A DNA stretch of 64,000 nt from Candidatus Sericytochromatia bacterium (lineage in GTDB: Bacteria; Cyanobacteriota; Sericytochromatia; S15B-MN24; VGJW01). This document shows, piece after piece, positions 26,229 to 35,714 of the stretch. The stretch lies in NCBI GenBank assembly GCA_035285865.1, contig JAYKHS010000017.1, positions 32,001 through 96,000 of the forward strand, written 5' to 3'. Position numbers and translations under genes: made by a program. The notes below the pieces were generated by a model that saw nothing but the letters and a program-made list of their open reading frames with translations, had not been told where the DNA came from and made no database searches. Position 1 is the stretch's first letter; the number at the start of each line of letters is the position of its first letter.

Positions 26229-27286
26229 GGTTCGAAAGCCCCGCCTACGGCGGAAGGCACGTTGCCGGACAGTTGGCCGCCGGGAAGCCGGCTGCCGTCT
26301 CCGGTCGGCGTGTTCTGACCGCTCACGGGAGGGATGATGTTGATGCTCATGGTCGCGTTGCCAGACGCGTTTATGGCGGAAAGGGTCCCCGAGGTGGCTC
26401 CGACCGGCACGCGCACCTTGATGCCATTGGCGACGGTTTCCAGCACTGGAGTCACCAGCGTGCCGAACTTGACTGTCGTCTGGAAGCCGTTTTCCTGCAA
26501 CTTGGTGCCCAGCAGCGTCACGATGCCGCCTTCGGGCGCCGGGTTGGGGGACATGGCCAGCAGGCGCAGCTCGTTGATGGCCGAGGCCGCGCCACCCTTG
26601 AGCTTGTAGACGCCGGCGTCAAGGATGATCGCTTCCACCGGGTCCCGGTCTTCGCCCATGGCCTGTCGCGCCAAGGCATTGACCGTGTCGTACTTCGCCT
26701 GCGTGACGCCGATGTCGGGGTTCGGGACCAGGATCAGGTTGTAGCCGTCGTCCAGGAAGATGTCGATCAGCAGCCGACCGTCGATTCCCTCGAAGCCCGC
26801 GATGATGGAAAGGGCCGTCGTGCCGGGGGTGATGGCGAGCGCGCCCTGGCTCATGGAGTAGAAGCCTGTGCTTGCCTTCAGGAAGACGGTTCTTACGCGG
26901 ACGGCAGCCACCCCGGGTGCATTCGAGGAAAGCCCTTTCACGGCCTCGAGGATGTAGGGCGTTTCGAGGGCCAGCTTGTTGGTGACCTCCGCGGTGAAGT
27001 TGAATTCGCCCTGACTGTTCGTCAGCGTGGTGGCAATCGTTTCGCTGGACCCCATGTCGATGATGGACACGGTGGCGGCCAGTGCCACGTCGCGGATGCC
27101 GTATGCCTGAGCTTGTCGCTCCTGAGGGAATCGAACCTGCCCTGACAAGGCTGTAGAGGCCATGTGGTCACGATCGTTCGCGGATGCTGGCCCGACCGTG
27201 GCGCAGGCCGGTTGCAGGAGCGACAGCATCAACACCGCCACCATCGCCAGCATGCGCTGGACGGGGGGCGGGCGAACAGGGGTCAT
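26225..27286 (-). CDS. Lipoprotein: conserved N-domain + IPT/TIG domain
   Basis: Lipobox LQPAC; ATVSIID..TTLTN..G.F..LEAVKGL..NAPG..RVRT shared with the neighbouring gene; C-terminal IPT. Confidence 0.75.
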   Translation of the reverse strand: MTPVRPPPVQRMLAMVAVLMLSLLQPACATVGPASANDRDHMASTALSGQVRFPQERQAQAYGIRDVALAATVSIIDMGSSETIATTLTNSQGEFNFTAEVTNKLALETPYILEAVKGLSSNAPGVAAVRVRTVFLKASTGFYSMSQGALAITPGTTALSIIAGFEGIDGRLLIDIFLDDGYNLILVPNPDIGVTQAKYDTVNALARQAMGEDRDPVEAIILDAGVYKLKGGAASAINELRLLAMSPNPAPEGGIVTLLGTKLQENGFQTTVKFGTLVTPVLETVANGIKVRVPVGATSGTLSAINASGNATMSINIIPPVSGQNTPTGDGSRLPGGQLSGNVPSAVGGAFEP

Positions 27287-27346
27287 GTTGTAACCGTACC
27301 CCCCATGCTGAAATTGTTTCAGTATTTCTCCGACTGCTTGGAGAGA

Positions 27347-28342
27347 TCAGGTCGCGGGCGGCGTGCGCGTTCCCATGATCTGGCCGATGCCTCCGAGCGC
27401 GCCCAGCATGGCCGTGGCTTCGTAGGGCATGTAGATGGTCTTGGTGTCGCTGCCGGCGTTCAGTTCGCGGAAGGCGTCGATGTACCGGATGGCCAGCAGG
27501 TAGCTGGCAGGATCGCCGCCGGCCACGCGTACGGCTTCGGCGATGCGCAGGATGGCCTGGCCCTCTGCCTCGGCGACGCGCAATCTGGCCTGCGCCTCGG
27601 CTTCGGCGGCCATGATGCGCGCCTGCTTGTCGCCTTCCGCCTGGTTGATCTGGGCGTCCTTGATGCCTTCGGATTCGAGGATGCGGGCACTCTTCTGGCC
27701 TTCGGCCTCGAGAATGGCCGCACGACGGTCCCGTTCGGCGCGCATCTGCTTCTCCATCGCGCCCTTGATCTCGAGGGGGGGCGTGATGTCCTGAAGTTCG
27801 ACCCGGGTGACCTTGATGCCCCACTTGTGGGTGGCTTGGTCCAGGATCGAGCGCAGCTTGCTGTTGATCGTGTCGCGGCTCGTCAGCGTCTCGTCGAGGT
27901 CCAGTTCGCCGATGACGTTGCGCAGCGAGGTCTGCGTCAGCTTCTCGATGGCGTCGGGGAGATTGGCAATCTCGTAGATGACCTTGACGGGTTCCGTGAC
28001 CTGGAAATAGAGGAGGGCACTGATGTCCACGACGACGTTGTCCCGGGTGATGACGTTCTGGCGGGGAAAGTCGAAGACCGTCTCGCGCAGGTCGATGCGC
28101 AGGACCCGCTGCTGGATCGTGGTTTGCTTGCCCTTGCCCGTCTCGACGTTGTAGCGCCACTCGACTTCGCGCGGGATGTCGATGATCGGCCAGATGATGT
28201 TGGGACCCGAGCTCAGCGTGCGGTGGTAGGAGCCGAGACGTTCCACCACGATGGCCTCGCTTTGCTTGACGATGATGATCGCCTTGCTGATGAGGGCGAT
28301 GGCCAGCAAGGCCAACAGGATCAGGGGCAACATGCTTTCCAA
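27347..28342 (-). CDS. SPFH/stomatin (QmcA-like) protein
   Basis: VVERLGSY, RIDLRE, QNVITRDNV, LRNVIGELDLD, KQMRAERDRRA. Confidence 0.95.
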   Translation of the reverse strand: MESMLPLILLALLAIALISKAIIIVKQSEAIVVERLGSYHRTLSSGPNIIWPIIDIPREVEWRYNVETGKGKQTTIQQRVLRIDLRETVFDFPRQNVITRDNVVVDISALLYFQVTEPVKVIYEIANLPDAIEKLTQTSLRNVIGELDLDETLTSRDTINSKLRSILDQATHKWGIKVTRVELQDITPPLEIKGAMEKQMRAERDRRAAILEAEGQKSARILESEGIKDAQINQAEGDKQARIMAAEAEAQARLRVAEAEGQAILRIAEAVRVAGGDPASYLLAIRYIDAFRELNAGSDTKTIYMPYEATAMLGALGGIGQIMGTRTPPAT

Positions 28343-28358
28343 GACAAAGGCTCCTTCC

Positions 28359-28832
28359 CTATGGGGTGGCGAGAGTTGCCGTCGGTTCCTCCGACGGACA
28401 GACGGTCAGTTTGCTGCCATCGACGGCCAGGACCACGATGCGGACGTCCGCATCGATGGGCTCGCCGTTCGCCGAGATGGCCCACCAATCTTCTCCGCCG
28501 ACCTGGACGCGTCCTTCGTCGACTTCGGGGCGGATGGGGACGACAACCCGGCCTTCCTTGCCGATGATGGCGGCCACGTTGGTGAGCACCTCGCCCGGGG
28601 GGCCAAGCATCCGCAGCAGGAAGGGACGCAGGGCAGCCATCGACAGCACGCTTGCGACGGAAAAGGCAATCAGGGCTTCCGTCCCTGCGTCGCCGAGGGC
28701 AATGGATCCGGCGGCCGCAAGGGCACCGATGGCGAGGCACGCGAGGAAGAATGTCGTGGTCAGGACTTCCGCAAGCAGCAGGACCACGGCGAGGGCAAGC
28801 CACGCCTGAGCGTTGTGCAGCCAATCGATCAT
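28359..28832 (-). CDS. NfeD-family membrane protein
   Basis: N-terminal TM helices, IGKEGRV, GRVQVGGEDW.A OB-fold; directly upstream of SPFH (canonical pair). Confidence 0.9.
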   Translation of the reverse strand: MIDWLHNAQAWLALAVVLLLAEVLTTTFFLACLAIGALAAAGSIALGDAGTEALIAFSVASVLSMAALRPFLLRMLGPPGEVLTNVAAIIGKEGRVVVPIRPEVDEGRVQVGGEDWWAISANGEPIDADVRIVVLAVDGSKLTVCPSEEPTATLATP

Positions 28833-28985
28833 CGCGCGGTCGCCTTCATGAATCGGAACATACCCTGCAGTCGCTCAAGGGGAACCTCGGGCCAAGGATA
28901 TTTTAAACGCGTGTGAAATCAATCTTTGGCATGCGTGAAGTCGACGATGGTCTCCATGTACCCACATGACATCCGGGAGGTCGCC

Positions 28986-29621
28986 ATGCAGGTCCGCATC
29001 GCCAAGGGAGACACGCTCTACAGTCTGGCCCGTCGTCATGGCACGACGGTCGAACAGTTGCGGGCTGCCAATCCGCAGATTCGGAACCACCACCTCATCC
29101 ATGCGGGCGACGTACTGAACCTGAGGACGGTGCCGGGGGTAGCCGGGGCCACGCCGCGGGTTCGGTCCGCAGCCGCTGCAACTGCCGCTGCGTCCGGACA
29201 GGCAGCACCCTCTTCGCGTCCGCCCGCGGGCCTGCGCCCGGCCGTGCGGCGCTGGTGGCCGATGATCGAGAAGGCCGCCCGGGCCACCGGCGTCTCCCCG
29301 AAGGTGCTCGGGGCCCTGGTCCAGGCGGAGTCCGAGGGCAATCCCGGTGCGCGCTCGAGCGTGGGCGCCCGGGGCTTGACGCAACTCATGCCGGCCACCG
29401 CCCGATCCGTCGGGGTGACGAACATCCGCGATCCCTGGCAGCAGCTGCTGGGAGGCGCCCGCTACCTGAAGCAGCAGCTGGATACTTTCGGCGGGGACCT
29501 TCGCAAGGCGCTTGCTGCCTACAACGCCGGGCCCGGTGCGGTTCGCGAGCATCGGGGCGTTCCCCCTTATGCCGAGACCAGACAGTATATCCGCAAGATC
29601 ATGACCACGTTGCAAGCCTGA
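28986..29621 (+). CDS. LysM + soluble lytic transglycosylase (SLT)
   Basis: GDTLYSLARRHG LysM; QAES catalytic Glu, GLTQLMP, ALAAYNAG, ETRQY; GGGAGG SD; no signal peptide. Confidence 0.92.
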   Translation: MQVRIAKGDTLYSLARRHGTTVEQLRAANPQIRNHHLIHAGDVLNLRTVPGVAGATPRVRSAAAATAAASGQAAPSSRPPAGLRPAVRRWWPMIEKAARATGVSPKVLGALVQAESEGNPGARSSVGARGLTQLMPATARSVGVTNIRDPWQQLLGGARYLKQQLDTFGGDLRKALAAYNAGPGAVREHRGVPPYAETRQYIRKIMTTLQA

Positions 29622-29683
29622 AGCAGCAAGAAAATCCTTGAACTGGTGATAATCTTTCTGGCTGGTTCTTAACCTCCTGGAAG

Positions 29684-30778
29684 GTGGTCCCCGTGATTCG
29701 CTTGTCGTCTCGCTTCCTGCTGTTGGCGGCTGCCCTGTCGGTGACGGCCTGCGGAGCCTTGGCGCCTTCTGTCCGGACGACCTCCGCAACCGTCGAGGCG
29801 GCGGCCCGGGCGCGCGACACCCGCCTGCTGGTCTGGCCCGAGGCGGGCGTGGCACCGATCCTCGAGGCCATTGCCTCGGCCCGCCGGACCTTGGACGTGC
29901 AGGTCTACATCCTGTCGAACGACGACATCATCAAGGCACTCGCTGCGGCTGCCGACCGGGGCGTCAGGGTGCGCGTGATGCTGGATCCCGCACCTTACAA
30001 TCCCTCCAACCCCAATAGCCCCCTGCCCATCAACAAGGAAACGCTCAAGAAACTCACGGGCAGCAAAGTCATGCTGGCGTGGACCGATCCGAGTTTTCGT
30101 TTCACCCACAGCAAGTTCATGATCGTGGACCGCGCCAAGGCATGGATCCTGACCGCCAACATGTCCAAGTCGGGCATGACGCGCAACCGCGAGTTCGGCG
30201 TTGTCGACACCCGACCGGAGGACGTTCGGGACATGAACGCGCTCTTCGATGCGGACTGGGCGCACAAGCCCTGGGCGCCGACCTCTCCCCGCCTCGTCGT
30301 CAGTCCGGTGAACGCCGAGGCCCGCCTGCAGGACCTGATTAGCAGCGCACGGCAGGCCATCGAGGTCTACGACGAAGTCATGTATGACGAGGCCACCTTT
30401 GCTGCTCTGGGCGAGCGGGCCAAGGCCGGCGTGAAGGTCCGGGTGCTGATGGGCGATCCGGAGCACATCCCGGGCAACGCCTCGGCGGCCGCCCGCTTGA
30501 AGGAGATGGGCATCGAGTCTCGCTGGATTGCCGAACCGGTCATCCACGCCAAGATGGTCTCGGCAGACAACCGGTTCTACGTCGGGTCCGTCAATCTGAC
30601 GACCAACTCGATCAAGAACAACCGCGAAGTCGGCCTGATCCTGGACGAGGCGGATCTGCTCGGCTCGGTCCGCGGAACCTTCGAGAAGGACTGGGCGGCG
30701 TCCACCGCATTCGCGCCCGTGCCTCCCACGACTGCATGGACGTGGATGCCGCCCGGAGTGTCCTGGATCAGCGACTGA
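29684..30778 (+). CDS. Phospholipase D-family lipoprotein (two HKD motifs)
   Basis: HSKFMIVD and HAKMVSAD, NRE motifs, lipobox SVTAC. Confidence 0.88.
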   Translation: MVPVIRLSSRFLLLAAALSVTACGALAPSVRTTSATVEAAARARDTRLLVWPEAGVAPILEAIASARRTLDVQVYILSNDDIIKALAAAADRGVRVRVMLDPAPYNPSNPNSPLPINKETLKKLTGSKVMLAWTDPSFRFTHSKFMIVDRAKAWILTANMSKSGMTRNREFGVVDTRPEDVRDMNALFDADWAHKPWAPTSPRLVVSPVNAEARLQDLISSARQAIEVYDEVMYDEATFAALGERAKAGVKVRVLMGDPEHIPGNASAAARLKEMGIESRWIAEPVIHAKMVSADNRFYVGSVNLTTNSIKNNREVGLILDEADLLGSVRGTFEKDWAASTAFAPVPPTTAWTWMPPGVSWISD

Positions 30779-30785
30779 AGATACT

Positions 30786-30816
30786 AGCGCCCGCCCTGCA
30801 ACGCAGGACGGGCGCT
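30786..30816. terminator. Hairpin between convergent genes
   Basis: AGCGCCCGCCCTGC-AAC-GCAGGACGGGCGCT near-perfect stem. Confidence 0.65.
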
Positions 30817-30836
30817 GACGTCTTGGAAGGTTACCG

Positions 30837-32252
30837 TCAGAGGCCGCCCAGGTTGCCGGACACCGTCGCAAAGGCCTTCTGGTCGGCTTCTGTGACGACG
30901 TTGTCGCGGGCCTCCTGCAGCGCGCCCTTGTCCGTGGTCCAGAACGTGCCGCCGCCGATGGCCTTGTAGAGGTTCTCGCGGACGCCCTCGGACGTGGCTT
31001 CCGAGGCTGCCTTCACATTGGCAGCGAAGGCCGTCTGGCCGCGGGCCGTCGCGATGCCGGCGACCGCCTCGGCGTCGGCCGGATTGCGAATCTCCTTGAC
31101 GGCATCCCGCAGATCCTTGGCCGTGTTGCGGTTGTCCTCGACGGCCTGCATCAGTTCGTCCCGGACATCCTTGGAGAGGGCGGGGTTGGCGAGCGTGTCC
31201 AGCATGCCGGCCAAGGCGGGCTGATCCTTGCGGATCTGGTCGGCCAACGCCTTGAACTGCTCGGGCTTGCCGGGGTCCAGCTCGCGGACGGCAGTCTTCA
31301 CGGCATCCCCGTCTCCTGCCTTGACCTTGAGGCTCTCGGCCAGCTTGCCCGCCGCATCCTTGTCGAGGACACCCTTGAGTTCCTCGGCCAGATCGTAGTT
31401 ACCGCTGCGGTTGGCGATGCCCAGCATGTCGTCCGCCAGCTTGATGGCGTCCTGAGTCGCTTTCAGGCGGTCCTTGGCCGGCTTGGTCTCGTCGTTGGCC
31501 ACCTTCATCAGGCCGTCGACCTGCGCCTTGACCGAGTCAAGCACCTGCTTCTGCTCGGTCAGCGTCCATTTGCCGGCTACGCTGGGCTTCTTGAGCGCCG
31601 CGTCGACCAAAGCATCGCCCGGTAGACAAACTTTGGGCTCTTCCTTCTCCTCGGGCTTTTTCGGGTCTTCGCCGGAGACAGGGGGCTTGGGTGCGTCACC
31701 AGTGGCAGGTGGCTTATCGGCAGGCTTGTCGGCAGGCTTCTCGGCGGGCTTGTCCGCGGGGGCGCTGCCCTTCTTGGCGGGCAGCTTTATGCTGTCACCG
31801 GGATAGATGAGGCCGCCCGAGGCGGAACGGCGCTTGCCCGAAGCATCCTTGCCATCTTTGAAGAGGTCAGGGTTCAGTTGCTTCAGGTCTGCCAAGGAAA
31901 CGCCGTTGGCCTTGGCAATGGCGCCGAGGGTGTCTCCCTGCTTGACGGTGTAGGAGGCTCCGGCTTCCTGCGTTGTGGATGAGGTGGCCTCGCTGGCTTG
32001 GCTGGTCTGATTGGTCTGGTTTGCCCGGGACCGGTTCAGCAGGCGTTGGACTTCGTTGTCTGTCTCTTGCTTGGCCGTCTTTGCCAGATCCTGAGTCTTG
32101 GCGCCACCCGTGGACGTCTCGTCCTGACGGGCCTTCACCTCCTGCTCGGCGGGCTTGGTTGCTCCGCCGCCTTCGGCCTTGGGGCGGCTCTGAACCGGGG
32201 CAGAGATGGAGACAGTGCCGGTACCGAAGCTGGGGACATTCGACATGGACAT
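30837..32252 (-). CDS. LysM-domain protein with helical C-terminal region
   Basis: YTVKQGDTLGAIAKANGVSL..L..LNP...LIYPGDSIKLP; KPAD/KPAE linker repeats. Confidence 0.8.
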   Translation of the reverse strand: MSMSNVPSFGTGTVSISAPVQSRPKAEGGGATKPAEQEVKARQDETSTGGAKTQDLAKTAKQETDNEVQRLLNRSRANQTNQTSQASEATSSTTQEAGASYTVKQGDTLGAIAKANGVSLADLKQLNPDLFKDGKDASGKRRSASGGLIYPGDSIKLPAKKGSAPADKPAEKPADKPADKPPATGDAPKPPVSGEDPKKPEEKEEPKVCLPGDALVDAALKKPSVAGKWTLTEQKQVLDSVKAQVDGLMKVANDETKPAKDRLKATQDAIKLADDMLGIANRSGNYDLAEELKGVLDKDAAGKLAESLKVKAGDGDAVKTAVRELDPGKPEQFKALADQIRKDQPALAGMLDTLANPALSKDVRDELMQAVEDNRNTAKDLRDAVKEIRNPADAEAVAGIATARGQTAFAANVKAASEATSEGVRENLYKAIGGGTFWTTDKGALQEARDNVVTEADQKAFATVSGNLGGL

Positions 32253-32364
32253 CAGACCTCGAAAACTGGAACAGCCCGGACGGGGCCTGCCTTCAACTTA
32301 CCCAGCAGCCAGCCGCCACCTAACGTTCCGGGACATGGCACCCTTCACCGGGTAGAAAAGAGGC

Positions 32365-33099
32365 ATGGCACAGGAAGACGCCTCACAGAAGAAGGGCTTG
32401 CTCGGTCGATTGCTGGGCTTGGCGGGCGCTCCCAAGCCTCAGCCCGAGGCATCGCCGCAACCTGTCGTCCAGAGGCCGGGCACGGGGCCGGTCCGCTCTG
32501 GCACGGACGTCTTCAAGCCCTCGGCGCAGGCTGCGGCCGTACCCCGCCCAAGACCTGCAGCACCTGCGACTCAGCAGCTGGTGGTCCCGCAGGCGCCCAA
32601 GCCCCAGATGGGTACCGGCAACGTCTTTCCGGGCGATGGCCTGCCGCCGGACGAGGCGTCGGAGGAGCGTCTGGCGTTCCTCGATGCGTTCTTCGATGAT
32701 CCGACGGCCAGCCGTCTCTTTCAGGACGCCACCTACATGTACAAGGTGGTTTCCGACGAACGGAACCATCAGGTCTCCGTGATCCTCTTGCAGACCGAGG
32801 CCCTGCGCTCCCTCGAGGAGTCGATGGATCCCGAGGAGTTGGCGGATGAGCCCGTGCCCATTCCGGCCTTGCCGCCCGGTCCGGATGGCGAACCGTTGCC
32901 GGAGGTGCTCGCCGCGTTGGCCCTGCAGGAGCGTCGTTCGGCGCGCGTGGCCGAGCGCGAGCGCCTGCGTGACGAGCGCGATCAGGCGCAGGCGCGGGTC
33001 AATCTGCTCTTTCGCCTGATGAAGGAACTGACGGGCAAGAAGGGCCGCACGGGGGGCACCGGGTTCCTTGCCGGCCCGCCTCAGGAGAGCCAGCCGTGA
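32365..33099 (+). CDS. Hypothetical protein with GTG-x-hydrophobic motifs and coiled coil
   Basis: AGAGG SD, coding-like codon usage, RPGTGPV / MGTGNVF / GGTGFL. Confidence 0.65.
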   Translation: MAQEDASQKKGLLGRLLGLAGAPKPQPEASPQPVVQRPGTGPVRSGTDVFKPSAQAAAVPRPRPAAPATQQLVVPQAPKPQMGTGNVFPGDGLPPDEASEERLAFLDAFFDDPTASRLFQDATYMYKVVSDERNHQVSVILLQTEALRSLEESMDPEELADEPVPIPALPPGPDGEPLPEVLAALALQERRSARVAERERLRDERDQAQARVNLLFRLMKELTGKKGRTGGTGFLAGPPQESQP

Positions 33100-33653
33100 G
33101 GGGACTTCACACGCGGCTCCCTAAGGCCACTTGCGCCGGGTTTGCCTTCGGCATCGGCCTGGCGCTCACGGTCGCGGGACCGGCCCGCGCCGAGGAGGCT
33201 GCACCCCCGGCGTCGTCCTTGCCTGCGTCGCTGCCGCCTGACCTCGTCCTGCTGGGTCAGCAGCAGCAGGCCATGGCGCTTACGGCCGGCTGGGGCATCG
33301 CCTCGATGGCGACGGGCGCCAGTCTGCTGGTGCGGCCGACCGATGCCTGGACCCGCGCCTTCGCCACCCAGCAGGTGGTCTGGGGCCTCATCGACGCGGG
33401 CATCGGTGCCTGGGCGTGGGACGACTTCGCGAAGCGCCGGGCCATGCCCGCCGATCCGGGCCAGCGCGGCTGGTTGCATGGCTTGTATGGGATCAACGCG
33501 GCGCTCGACCTGGGCTACATGGCGGTGGGTCTGGCGCTCATGGCCCAACCCGACGACAACCTGCGCGGCCACGGGGCCGGGGTGCTGCTCCAGGGGGCGT
33601 GGCTTGCGATCTTCGACGGCGCCAATGCCTGGCTGACGCGTCAGGAACGCTGA
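33096..33653 (+). CDS. Membrane protein (DUF6992-like)
   Basis: WGLIDAGI, INAALDLGY, GHGAGVLLQGAWL..FD hydrophobic helices. Confidence 0.65.
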   Translation: MRGLHTRLPKATCAGFAFGIGLALTVAGPARAEEAAPPASSLPASLPPDLVLLGQQQQAMALTAGWGIASMATGASLLVRPTDAWTRAFATQQVVWGLIDAGIGAWAWDDFAKRRAMPADPGQRGWLHGLYGINAALDLGYMAVGLALMAQPDDNLRGHGAGVLLQGAWLAIFDGANAWLTRQER

Positions 33654-33662
33654 GTCTGCCGA

Positions 33663-33941
33663 CTACTTCGACTCGACCACGTAGCCCATGTTGGTCTGGA
33701 TGTACTTGCCCTGCGCGTAGAAGTAGACGTAGCTGCCCTGGCCGTCCTCGGCGCGGGTGACCTTGCTGCGGCCGATGTCGTAGGTCTTCACCGGTTCACC
33801 GCCCATGCTGAAAATGGTCACGGTCTTGGGCGAGGCGTCCCATTCGCGGGAGAACTGGTTCAGCTTTTCACTGACCTTCGAGCATCCGGGCAGGCCGGCC
33901 ACCAGGAGAAGCAGGGAGGCGACGGGGACGATGGCTTTCAT
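33663..33941 (-). CDS. Small lipoprotein, hypothetical
   Basis: MKAIVPVASLLLLVAGLPGC lipoprotein leader; ATG at 33941. Confidence 0.7.
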   Translation of the reverse strand: MKAIVPVASLLLLVAGLPGCSKVSEKLNQFSREWDASPKTVTIFSMGGEPVKTYDIGRSKVTRAEDGQGSYVYFYAQGKYIQTNMGYVVESK

Positions 33942-34037
33942 GCGGCAACCTCGATCACGGGGGGACGCGGTCATGGTGGCATGGCCCGGGCCCGGGCGTA
34001 AGATGGACCGTCGGGACCCGATACGGGAGGAATCACG

Positions 34038-34343
34038 ATGCCTGAACGCGACACGCTCGACCATGTGGCCATCCGGGTTGATGACGTGGCCCGGGCCGTG
34101 GCCTGGTACCGCGAGACCTTCTCGGTCGACGTGACCTATCAGGACGAAACGTGGGCGCTGCTGTCCTTCGCCAACATCCGTCTCGCCCTGGTGGTGCCCG
34201 ACCAGCATCCTCCGCATCTTGCCGTCGTCCGACCGGATGCGGAGGCCTTCGGTCCCCTCAAGACCCATCGCGACGGCACGGCATCGGTCTACATCAAGGA
34301 TTCCGAGGACAACGTCCTCGAGATCATGGCGCCCTACGCCTGA
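34038..34343 (+). CDS. VOC/glyoxalase family protein
   Basis: LDHVAIRVDD..RAVAWY, SVYIKDSEDNVLE; GGAGG SD. Confidence 0.88.
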   Translation: MPERDTLDHVAIRVDDVARAVAWYRETFSVDVTYQDETWALLSFANIRLALVVPDQHPPHLAVVRPDAEAFGPLKTHRDGTASVYIKDSEDNVLEIMAPYA

Positions 34344-35650
34344 TCGAGGCCCATGGCCGTCCGCGACCGTCTGGCCAGGGCCTGGACGGCCACGATGCTG
34401 ACGGCGGCACACGCGGCCAGGTACCACGCCACGGCGTAGCCTGAACCGGTCTTTTCGACCAGCCATGTGGCGACGAGGGGGGCTGGTCCGCCGGCCGTCA
34501 CCGAGGCCAGCTGGAACCCCAGGGAACAACCGGCATAGCGCAGGCGCGGCGGAAAGGCCTCGGCAATGAGGGCTGCCTGCGGCCCGAACTGCAGGTCATG
34601 GACGGGATTGCCCAAGGCCAGCACGAGGAGGAGCAGTCCGCCCGTCACCCCGGCACCCAGCGCCCCGAAGTAGAGGAAGCCGTATAGCGCCAGCAGAGAG
34701 GCGCCGAGGATGGTCAGGAAGCGCCGGCCCAGCGTGTCCGACAGCCAACCCGAAAGCGGGATGGTCACCATCGATAGGGTCGCCGACAGCATGACGCCCC
34801 CGAGGAGCAGTTCCTTGGGCAGGTGGAGCACCTTGGTACCGTAGGACAGGACGAAGGTCGTGAAGAGATAGAAGGCCGTCATCTGGCTGGTGCGCACGAG
34901 GGCCGTCAGGAGAATCTCGGGCCCGTGCAGCCTGATGACCTCGAGGACAGGCTGTCGCGCGGTCTCGCCCCGCTCCTTCAGGGCCGCGAAGACAGGCGTC
35001 TCCTCGACGCCCACGCGAATCCACAGGCCTACCGCGATGAGCAGGCCGCTCATCAGAAAAGGCAACCGCCAGCCCCACGCGAGGAAGTCCGCCTCGGGCA
35101 GGCGCTGGGCAAGGAAAAGGGCACCGTTGGCCAGCAGCAGGCCGACGGGCACGCCGAATTGGGGCCACGAGGCCACGAAGCCGCGGCGCTTGTCCTTGGC
35201 GGCCCACTCGAGGGCAATCAGGACGGAACCGCCCCACTCTCCACCGACGCCGATGCCCTGCAGGGTCCGCAGGAGGATCAGCGCTACCGCACCCCACGGG
35301 CCGATCTGGGCGTGGGTCGGCAGCAGGCCGATCGCGACGGTCGCGAGGCCCATCAGCAGCAGGGTCGCGACAAGCGAGGCCTTGCGTCCGATCCGATCCC
35401 CGAGGTGGCCGAAGATCGCCGCCCCGGCCGGCCTCGCGAGGAAGCCGACGAAGAAGGTCCCGAACGCCTGCAGTTGGCCGACGAATTCGGTGCTTCCGGG
35501 GAAGAACAGCCCCGGAAAGACAAGCGCTGCCGCCACGCCGTACAGGAAGAAGTCGTACCATTCGATGGCCGTGCCGACGGCCGAGGCCACCACCGCGCGC
35601 ATCAACTGCGTTCGGCTGCCGCCCGCAGGGAGATCTTCCTGCACGCTCAT
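34334..35650 (-). CDS. MFS transporter, metabolite:H+ symporter (ShiA-like) family
   Basis: GTAIEWYDFFLY, GHLGDRIGRK, QGIGVGGEWGG, WGWRLPF, EETPVF. Confidence 0.93.
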   Translation of the reverse strand: MSVQEDLPAGGSRTQLMRAVVASAVGTAIEWYDFFLYGVAAALVFPGLFFPGSTEFVGQLQAFGTFFVGFLARPAGAAIFGHLGDRIGRKASLVATLLLMGLATVAIGLLPTHAQIGPWGAVALILLRTLQGIGVGGEWGGSVLIALEWAAKDKRRGFVASWPQFGVPVGLLLANGALFLAQRLPEADFLAWGWRLPFLMSGLLIAVGLWIRVGVEETPVFAALKERGETARQPVLEVIRLHGPEILLTALVRTSQMTAFYLFTTFVLSYGTKVLHLPKELLLGGVMLSATLSMVTIPLSGWLSDTLGRRFLTILGASLLALYGFLYFGALGAGVTGGLLLLVLALGNPVHDLQFGPQAALIAEAFPPRLRYAGCSLGFQLASVTAGGPAPLVATWLVEKTGSGYAVAWYLAACAAVSIVAVQALARRSRTAMGLDQA

Positions 35651-35714
35651 CCGTGAATCCTCCCCGGGGTCGACGGGCAAGGCCTACAGGATACCGCTCC
35701 CGGGCGGGACGCGT

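Noticed and set aside
31713..31760. 12-nt repeats (KPAD/KPAE), and the LPMP repeat near 15362-15390
   Set aside because: Ordinary low-complexity protein linkers
28986..32252. Prophage lysis module (SLT, PLD, LysM)
   Set aside because: No holin, structural, terminase or integrase genes; composition matches the host
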